A DNA stretch of 64,000 nt from an uncultured Planctomycetia bacterium (GTDB lineage Bacteria; Omnitrophota; Gorgyraeia; 2-02-FULL-51-18; JAGOUK01): contig CAYSFB010000006.1 in NCBI GenBank assembly GCA_964430735.1, positions 76,089 to 140,088 of the forward strand, written 5' to 3'. The first letter of the stretch is position 1; every line of letters begins with the position of its first letter. Below, one piece after another: positions 57,979 to 64,000 of the stretch. Made by a program: the position numbers and the translations under genes. Below the pieces are notes generated by a model. The model saw only the letters and a list, made by a program, of their open reading frames with translations, had not been told where the DNA came from and searched no databases.

Positions 57979-58138
57979 TCCGTCCTGTCCGTCAGGTCCT
58001 TCCGCCCCGACCCCTTTCCCGGCAAATCCCCGATGAACGATCCGCCCGTCCCCCCGATTTTGGTCCGCGCGCTCCCGGTCTATGATGATCCCAACGGACA
58101 AAATGTCCGGTTTGAGCAAGTTTGAACAGGAGGATTTT

Positions 58139-58297
58139 ATGACATTAGGAACCTTATTGCTGATCGTGCTGGTGCTGGTATTGGTCGGAGCGATCCCCGC
58201 GTGGCCGCATAGCCGCAGCTGGGGATATATGCCGAGCGGCGTGATCTCGCTGCTTTTCATCGTCCTGATCGTGATGCTGCTCACGGGACGCATCTAA
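58139..58297 (+). CDS. DUF3309-family small membrane protein
   Basis: MTLGTLLLIVLVLVLVGAIPAWPHSRSWGYMPSGVISLLFIVLIVMLLTGRI; SD AGGAGG. Confidence 0.6.
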   Translation: MTLGTLLLIVLVLVLVGAIPAWPHSRSWGYMPSGVISLLFIVLIVMLLTGRI

Positions 58298-58299
58298 CC

Positions 58300-58503
58300 A
58301 TGAACCGGCTGATATTTCTCGGTATTCTCGTCGCAGGAATCGTTCTGGTCGTTTACGGAATCGCCGCATCGGACTCCATCAGTTCCGATATTTCGCGCGC
58401 GTTCACCGGATCGCCGAACGACAGGACGATGTGGCTTTTGGGCGGCGGAGCGGCGCTGGCCGCGGTCGGCGGCTATGGGCTGTCACGCGGATCGGTCAAA
58501 TAA
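58300..58503 (+). CDS. DUF3185-family small membrane protein
   Basis: Two TM flanking SDSISSDISRAFTGSPNDRTMW. Confidence 0.55.
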   Translation: MNRLIFLGILVAGIVLVVYGIAASDSISSDISRAFTGSPNDRTMWLLGGGAALAAVGGYGLSRGSVK

Positions 58504-58514
58504 AAGGAAACACC

Positions 58515-59108
58515 ATGAAGATGTTCAAAATGAATACGTTCAAAAAAAGCGCCGGGATTCTGGCGGGATTGGCGATGGCGATGTTCTTCGCGGGCGCCGG
58601 GATCGGCAGCGCGCAGGCCGCGACCGCCTTGCAGATCAACACCGATGTGGATGCGGCGCTCGAGCGCTTCTATCAGCAGGTGGGGGATGGCAAGCGGGTC
58701 GTCCAGGAGGCGAAGGGCGTACTGGTGTTCCCAGCCGTCTATAAAGCCGGATTTGTGTTCGGCGGCGAATACGGCGAGGGTGCGCTGAGGATCAACGGCA
58801 AGACCGTCGATTTTTACAGCACCGCGGCCGGGTCGTTCGGATTCCAGATCGGCGCCCAGAAAAAAACCATCATCCTTCTCTTTATGCAGGACGAGGTGCT
58901 GAACCGTCTCCGGGACAGCTCCAACTGGAAGGCCGGCGCGGATGCATCCGTGGCCGTCATTACGCTTGGAGCGGGCGGTTCCATCGATTCCCAGAAGCTC
59001 AACGAGCCCATCATCGCGTTCATCACCGACCAGAAGGGTCTGATGTACAACCTGACGCTCGAAGGCACCAAGTTCACCAAACTCGACAAAAAAGGATCCA
59101 AGAATTAA
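58515..59108 (+). CDS. SYLF/YSC84 (DUF500) lipid-binding domain protein, secreted
   Basis: Signal peptide; VFPAVYKAGFVFGGEYGEGAL...GSFGFQIGAQKKTIILLFM...GADASVA. Confidence 0.7.
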   Translation: MKMFKMNTFKKSAGILAGLAMAMFFAGAGIGSAQAATALQINTDVDAALERFYQQVGDGKRVVQEAKGVLVFPAVYKAGFVFGGEYGEGALRINGKTVDFYSTAAGSFGFQIGAQKKTIILLFMQDEVLNRLRDSSNWKAGADASVAVITLGAGGSIDSQKLNEPIIAFITDQKGLMYNLTLEGTKFTKLDKKGSKN

Positions 59109-59112
59109 TTCC

Positions 59113-59724
59113 ATGAAAAACTACATCCGTTTATCCGCTTTGGCAGCCCTGCTCCTCCTGTCGTCCGCGCCCGTGTGGGCCGACACGACCGTCACGACCA
59201 GCAGCGACACCGTTACGATCGCCCAAACTCCGAACACCCAGACTATGACACAGGTCGTCGTCCAGCCGGCCGGTACCCAGACCGTCCTGTTGCAGAAGCA
59301 GACCGTCGTTCTGATGGAACAGCAGGATCCCCGGAACCTCGAAGGCACCGTGGTCAAGGTGAACCTGGTCGGCAGAGAGCTGTTGGTGCGTGACATCAAC
59401 GGCCGCGAGCGTCAGGTCAAGATGATGAAGCAGTCGATGATCAACAACTACAAGACCGGCGATTACGTTCAGATCTATCTGACGCGTGATCTGACTGAGG
59501 CCAAGAAGATCCGCACCAAGCAGTCGCCGGATCTGGAAGGCGATATCGTCGCCGTCGACATGAACACGAACGTGATCGTCGTCCGCGACACGAACGGCGT
59601 CGACCGCAGCGCCATCATCCGGCCGTCCATGATCCGCGGATACCGCGTCGGTGACCGCGTCCGGTTCTACGCCGTGTCCGAGAACGCCGATATCCAGGAA
59701 GCCCAGATCATCCGGATCCGGTAA
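59113..59724 (+). CDS. Secreted hypothetical protein with internal duplication
   Basis: Signal peptide; two similar about 60-aa modules (EGTVVKVNLVGRELLVRDINGRER... / EGDIVAVDMNTNVIVVRDTNGVDR...). Confidence 0.5.
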   Translation: MKNYIRLSALAALLLLSSAPVWADTTVTTSSDTVTIAQTPNTQTMTQVVVQPAGTQTVLLQKQTVVLMEQQDPRNLEGTVVKVNLVGRELLVRDINGRERQVKMMKQSMINNYKTGDYVQIYLTRDLTEAKKIRTKQSPDLEGDIVAVDMNTNVIVVRDTNGVDRSAIIRPSMIRGYRVGDRVRFYAVSENADIQEAQIIRIR

Positions 59725-59828
59725 CCGTCCGGGATCGGAATCCGGACAGCGCGGGGCATGAGCTGAAGACCCGTTTTGGTGATAAAATACCCCCAGTTTT
59801 ATCCCACTCAACAAGGAGCATTCAGGAC

Positions 59829-60305
59829 ATGAACCGACTTTTCCGCCCCGCGCTGTTCGCATCCGTCGTCGTTCTCGCATTTTCTTTGACCGGCTGTGCC
59901 GGCGCGCGTCTCAACAAGGGCGCGTCTTCCAAGCCCCTGCCGCCCAAGGAGCGCATCGCGCAGCTGGAGAGCGAAACGCAGGCCAAGGATCAGGAGATCC
60001 GCCGTTTGCAGGAGGAGCTCGAGGGTCTGCGCGGCCAGGTCGCGGCGTCCGAATCCTATTCCTACGAACCGGCGACCAATGTAAAGGCCTCTCCCGCCAC
60101 CGGCGCGATCCGCGTCCCGGGCCTCACCGTCACCCAGCTTCAACGCGCGCTCAAATCCGCCGGTTATGACCCCGGCACGATCGACGGACGTCTCGGCAAA
60201 CGCACCAAGGAAGCGGTCCGCAGCTTCCAGCGCGCCGAAGGCCTCAAAGTGGACGGCGTCGTGGGTCAGAAGACCTGGAGCGCGCTCAAGCGCGCGTCCG
60301 CCTAA
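59829..60305 (+). CDS. Lipoprotein with C-terminal peptidoglycan-binding (PG_binding_1) domain
   Basis: Lipobox LTGC; coiled-coil; LQRALKSAGYDPGTIDGRLGKRTKEAVRSFQRAEGLKVDGVVGQKTWSAL. Confidence 0.7.
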   Translation: MNRLFRPALFASVVVLAFSLTGCAGARLNKGASSKPLPPKERIAQLESETQAKDQEIRRLQEELEGLRGQVAASESYSYEPATNVKASPATGAIRVPGLTVTQLQRALKSAGYDPGTIDGRLGKRTKEAVRSFQRAEGLKVDGVVGQKTWSALKRASA

Positions 60306-60319
60306 GAAACGCGGCCGTC

Positions 60320-60961
60320 ATGAAAGCTCCTGACCTCTCGGCCGCGCTGCACTGGCGATACGCCGTTAAGGCTTTTGACCCGGCTGCCAAAATCCCGGCC
60401 GATGTCTGGAGCACGCTCGAAGAGGCGCTGGTGCTCACGCCTTCTTCGTACGGAATGCAGCCCTGGAAGTTCGTCGTCGTCACCGATCCCGCAATCAAGG
60501 CGAAGCTTGAACCGCATGCCTGGAACCAGAAGCAGGTGACCGGTTGTTCCCATTTTGTCGTGTTCCTCGTGAAGCGCGGCGTGAACGAGGCCGACGTGGA
60601 CCGCTGGATTGCGCGCATGTCCGAAGTGCAGGGCGTTCCCGCCGACAAACTCAAGGGATACAAGGACTTCATGATGGGCGACTTCGTGAACGGTCCGCGC
60701 AAAGCGGTCGTCGACGAATGGGCCGCCCGCCAGGTCTACATTGCGCTCGGCAATTTCATGACGTCGGCGGCCCTGCTCGGCGTCGATACCTGCCCGATGG
60801 AAGGCATTGTCCCTCCCCGATTCGATGAAGTCCTCGGCCTTGAGGGCTCCGGCTACGCGACCGTCGTCGCCTGCGCCGCCGGTTATCGCTCTCCTCAGGA
60901 TAAATACGCCGCCTCTCCCAAAGTCCGTTACCCGGCCACGGAACTCATCGACCGTCGATGA
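60320..60961 (+). CDS. NAD(P)H nitroreductase family protein
   Basis: RYAVKAFD...SSYGMQPWKFVVV nitroreductase signature. Confidence 0.8.
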   Translation: MKAPDLSAALHWRYAVKAFDPAAKIPADVWSTLEEALVLTPSSYGMQPWKFVVVTDPAIKAKLEPHAWNQKQVTGCSHFVVFLVKRGVNEADVDRWIARMSEVQGVPADKLKGYKDFMMGDFVNGPRKAVVDEWAARQVYIALGNFMTSAALLGVDTCPMEGIVPPRFDEVLGLEGSGYATVVACAAGYRSPQDKYAASPKVRYPATELIDRR

Positions 60962-61734
60962 AGCGATGGCCGCGCGGGATCAAAATCGCCGTCGGCCTGA
61001 CCGTCACGCTGCTTGGTCTCATCCTGATGCCGGTCCCCGGTCCCGGGGGAACGCCGGTCACCCTCGCAGGTCTAGCGATCCTGGCGTCGGAACTTCCCTG
61101 GGCCAAACGGATTCTGGATCTTTTCAAGGCGCAGCTGGACGTCATGAGGACGCACCGCCATCGCCACTGGATCCGCGCCGCGGTGGTGACGGGCGCGCTC
61201 TGCTTCTATGTCGGAACCGGACTTCTGACGGCGCATCTTTTTAAGGACGGGTTCGGGGTCGCCAAAGCCAATGCCGGCGAGGAGAAGACGATGAAGATTT
61301 ACAACGCCCAAACGAAACAGATCGAAGACGTCGCGCCGGTGGTCCATACGGAAGCGGAATGGAAAAAGCTTCTCACTCCCGAGCAGTACGAAGTCTCGCG
61401 CGGCAAGGGGACCGAGATGCCGTTCAGCAAGGTCTGCGCGATTCCGCCGAGCGGTTCCGGCGTGTACCAATGCGTCGGCTGCGGCACCGACCTTTTTGCC
61501 TATGGAAAAAAGTTCGAATCCGGCACCGGCTGGCCGTCGTTCTGGGATCCGGTGTCGCCGCTCAACGTGAAGGTCGAATCCGACCGCAGTCACGGCATGG
61601 TCCGCGACGAAGTGGTCTGCGCCCGTTGCGGCGGCCATCTCGGACATGTCTTTGACGACGGTCCTCCTCCCACCGGCAAACGCTATTGCATCAACACCGT
61701 CGCCTTGAAGCTCAAGGCGCATCCGGCCTCATGA
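60958..61734 (+). CDS. msrB: Peptide methionine sulfoxide reductase MsrB (SelR) with N-terminal PGPGW-type membrane domain in the same frame (possible internal start 61291)
   Basis: C-terminal 147 aa: CxxC...CxxC zinc site and RYCINTVAL/GHLGHVFDDGP; N-terminal LILMPVPGPGG membrane segment. Confidence 0.7.
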   Translation: MKRWPRGIKIAVGLTVTLLGLILMPVPGPGGTPVTLAGLAILASELPWAKRILDLFKAQLDVMRTHRHRHWIRAAVVTGALCFYVGTGLLTAHLFKDGFGVAKANAGEEKTMKIYNAQTKQIEDVAPVVHTEAEWKKLLTPEQYEVSRGKGTEMPFSKVCAIPPSGSGVYQCVGCGTDLFAYGKKFESGTGWPSFWDPVSPLNVKVESDRSHGMVRDEVVCARCGGHLGHVFDDGPPPTGKRYCINTVALKLKAHPAS

Positions 61735-62111
61735 CGCCAGCCGGCGCGCTTTGCCTCGCGGCCGGGAGTCTCGCAGGAGGGTTCGCGCGTTTTTATCTGA
61801 CGTCGGGCGCGACCAAGGCGTTCGGCGGAGCTTTTCCCTACGGGACGCTGGCGGTCAATGTGCTCGGATGTCTGGCGATCGGTTTTTTGAGCGTGCTGCC
61901 GGAAGAAAAAATGTTTCTCGGACCCCAAGGCCGGCTGCTGCTCATGACGGGATTCTGCGGAGCGTTCACGACTTTTTCGACGTTCATGATGGAGACCGGC
62001 GGACTCATCAGCGTCGGCGGCTTCGGCCGCGCGGCGCTCAACGTCCTGTTAAGTCTCACAGTCGGCTACACCGCCTACCTGCTGGGCAATCTCCTCGGAA
62101 AACTTATCTAG
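61731..62111 (+). CDS. crcB: Fluoride ion channel CrcB/FluC
   Basis: 4-TM, FPYGTLAVNVLGC and TGFCGAFTTFSTF motifs. Confidence 0.8.
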   Translation: MTPAGALCLAAGSLAGGFARFYLTSGATKAFGGAFPYGTLAVNVLGCLAIGFLSVLPEEKMFLGPQGRLLLMTGFCGAFTTFSTFMMETGGLISVGGFGRAALNVLLSLTVGYTAYLLGNLLGKLI

Positions 62112-62155
62112 AAATAAATAGGGACACGTACTATTTAAATTAAATAGTACGTGTC
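62103..62155. repeat. Palindromic element copy 2 (25-bp stem, 3-nt loop), between convergent crcB and CoA-binding gene
   Basis: AATAAATAGGGACACGTACTATTTA / aat / TAAATAGTACGTGTCCCTATTTATT; shares core GGGACACGTACTATTT with copy 1, with compensatory CAGGG/CCCTG vs TAGGG/CCCTA. Confidence 0.65.
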
Positions 62156-62178
62156 CCTATTTATTCTATTTATTTTGG

Positions 62179-62537
62179 TTAGAACTGGCTGGTCTTGAGC
62201 AGGACGAGCGTGCAGGCCTCGAGGGTTTGCACGCCTTTTTTTTGGAGCTTGGAAGCGAGGCCGGGGTTTTCGGTTCCGGGATTGAAGATCACGCGTTTGA
62301 CGGGGAAGTCGAGAATCTGCTGTTCCATCGCCGAAGAGATCTCGGGCGAAACATAAACGGTCAGCGTATCGACGGGGCCCGGAACTTTTTCCAGGGAAGG
62401 GTAAACGGCCGTTCCTTCGATCGACGCGAGCTTGGGATGGACCGGCAGGGGACGGTGGCCGTGTTTTTTAAGCGCCTCAAAGGCGAGATACGAATAGCGG
62501 TCCGGTTTGTCGGACGCGCCGAGGATGGCGACGTTCA
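62179..62537 (-). CDS. CoA-binding domain protein (YccU/YneT-like)
   Basis: VAILGASDKPDRYSY...; GTG start overlapping MazG-like stop (GTGA). Confidence 0.7.
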
Positions 62538-62867
62538 CGCGGTTTCCTTGACGATGCCTTCGTGCGAGTTCTTTTTCCAGTCGCGCTGCTTGACCTGATT
62601 CCAGGTGGTGTCGACGATCTCTTCGAAGTCCCAGCCCATCTGGTTGCACAGGTCCATGAGGAAGATCACGCAGTCGCCGACGGCGTCCTTCATGTTGGCC
62701 TCGTGCTCTTCGCGTTTGCCGCGGATGCCCTGTTCCATCTTGAGATACGCGTGCGCGAGTTCGCCGACTTCCTCGGCCGCGCCGAGGACGGCCATGTACG
62801 GCTTGCGGTTGTCAAAATTGCGTTTGGACCATGCGTCTTGCTCGGATTGGGCCTGGCGTAAATTCAT
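62535..62867 (-). CDS. MazG-like nucleotide pyrophosphohydrolase domain protein
   Basis: EEVGELAHAY...DAVGDCVIFLMDLC EExxE/DxxD motifs. Confidence 0.6.
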   Translation of the reverse strand: MNLRQAQSEQDAWSKRNFDNRKPYMAVLGAAEEVGELAHAYLKMEQGIRGKREEHEANMKDAVGDCVIFLMDLCNQMGWDFEEIVDTTWNQVKQRDWKKNSHEGIVKETA

Positions 62868-62932
62868 GAAAAACTCCCCGTTGTTTGACGGCATTATAAC
62901 ACCCGTCCGAAGCGCTTGCATTTAAAGCCAAA

Positions 62933-63448
62933 GTGATCAATACTATTCAAGCTATGACGATTCAGAACCAATTTAAACGCCTCTTTGCGTCTTTTGCCCT
63001 AATGGGCCTGGTCCTGGCCGCCGTTCCTTCGGCCGTTCGTGCCGAAGAACACCTGGTCGCCGGCATCGACGGCACCGTGAAGGACAACTTCACCGGGCTC
63101 ACCTGGGTTCAGAATCCCACCGTCATGCCCGCCCTGACCGGTCAGAAGACCTACGTCGAAGCGCAGGACGCCTGCACGCAGCTCGTCCACGCCGGCCTCG
63201 GCCCCAATGTCTGGCGGCTTCCGACCATCGGCGAGCTCAAAACGATTTACGACACGCGTTTTAAGAACCCGCGCATCAATACGGGCTACTTCTCGTCCGA
63301 AGGCGCTGCGTACTGGTCGTCGACCCCCTCGCTGCCGGGCTCCAAGGCTTGGACGCTGAACTTCAAGACCGGCTATCTCGGTTCCTACGACAAAGCAAAC
63401 CCGGACAAGCCCGCGCGTCAGTACACGCGCTGCACGGCCCGGGTCTAG
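62933..63448 (+). CDS. Secreted DUF1566 (Lcl C-terminal-like) domain protein
   Basis: DNFTGLTWVQ...EAQDACTQL...WRLPTIGELKTIY. Confidence 0.6.
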   Translation: MINTIQAMTIQNQFKRLFASFALMGLVLAAVPSAVRAEEHLVAGIDGTVKDNFTGLTWVQNPTVMPALTGQKTYVEAQDACTQLVHAGLGPNVWRLPTIGELKTIYDTRFKNPRINTGYFSSEGAAYWSSTPSLPGSKAWTLNFKTGYLGSYDKANPDKPARQYTRCTARV

Positions 63449-63454
63449 CTCCCC

Positions 63455-64000
63455 CTGATCACAACTGTTTCGATCATCGCAGTTCTGGCCTATTCGGTGA
63501 TTCTCCATGAGGTCGCTCATGGGGCGGCCGCGTATTTGCTGGGGGACCCGACGGCGCGGAACGAGAAGCGGCTCACGCTCAACCCGTTCCGCCACATCGA
63601 CCCGGTCGGCACGGTGCTGCTGCCGATCATTCTCGTTCTGGCCAAGTCGCCGGTGATGCTGGGTTGGGCCAAGCCCGTTCCGTTCGACCCCCGGTATTTC
63701 AAGGACCCCCGGTCGGGCACGGCGCTCGTGAGTCTCGCCGGCCCGATGACCAATTTTTTGATCGCGGCGGGCTTCGGGATCGCGCTCCGGTTCGTGCCGG
63801 GTCCGGGGCCGGTTGCGAGCGTGCTGTTTTACGGTGTTGTGATGAACGTGATCCTGGGGTTATTCAACCTGATCCCGATCCCGCCGATGGACGGGTCCAA
63901 GGTCGTCGGCGTGTACCTGCCCGACGGCCTGCGCCGGGCTTACTTCAGTCTCGAGCGTTACGGCTTCATCCTCATCTTCGTTCTGCTGTATTTCGGCCTC
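63455..64000 (+). CDS. Site-2 protease family (M50) zinc metallopeptidase, 3'-partial; non-ATG start uncertain
   Basis: HEVAHGAAAY HExxH in TM helix, later LIPIPPMDG motif; frame open to window end; in-frame stop at 63446-63448 limits the start. Confidence 0.6.
   Translation, partial: MITTVSIIAVLAYSVILHEVAHGAAAYLLGDPTARNEKRLTLNPFRHIDPVGTVLLPIILVLAKSPVMLGWAKPVPFDPRYFKDPRSGTALVSLAGPMTNFLIAAGFGIALRFVPGPGPVASVLFYGVVMNVILGLFNLIPIPPMDGSKVVGVYLPDGLRRAYFSLERYGFILIFVLLYFGL

Overview
High-GC bacterial chromosomal window, almost all coding on the + strand, dominated by housekeeping operons. In order: the 3' end of an OxyR-like LysR regulator; a Rho homolog consisting only of the ATPase core; pyruvate kinase; a GIY-YIG protein convergently overlapping a T4 Imm-like superinfection-immunity membrane protein; MarC, GST, a TPR protein, a C-N hydrolase and an orphan PII-like protein; an RRM glycine-rich RNA-binding protein and an acyl-CoA desaturase. 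Next comes a Pho regulon (phoB-phoR-porin-pstS-pstC-pstA-pstB-phoU plus an ArsC/LMW-PTP-like gene). Then an AsmA-like and a DUF2062 gene on the - strand; orn, a cupin and an orphan GvpL/GvpF-family protein; glmS and rsmI. A six-gene prepilin/pseudopilin cluster is followed by a secreted S8 subtilase with YD/MORN-like repeats. Then a Bacillus-type pyr operon with a PyrR attenuator (pyrR-pyrB-pyrC-carA-carB-pyrK-pyrD-pyrF-pyrE), a secreted Hsp20, the F1Fo ATP synthase operon (atpZ-I-B-E-F-H-A-G-D-C), tRNA-Val and tRNA-Asp flanking a methyltransferase, and a cluster of small stress-type genes (entericidin-like, DUF3309, DUF3185, SYLF/YSC84, small basic protein) around a NarL-type two-component system. 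The window closes with nitroreductase, a PGPGW-MsrB fusion, crcB, CoA-binding, MazG-like and DUF1566 proteins and the start of an M50 site-2 protease. No transposase, integrase, CRISPR array or rRNA was seen. Most interesting: a near-identical palindromic promoter/operator motif (TTGAAw-N17-TATACA around AATGTATACAT) upstream of both the pseudopilin operon and the subtilase; a two-copy structured palindromic repeat family with compensatory changes; a 90-bp inverted repeat between pstS and pstC; two unannotated small hydrophobic peptide genes; a 25-26-nt motif shared by two promoters in the stress cluster; an N-terminal-domain-less Rho; and an orphan GvpL/F protein.
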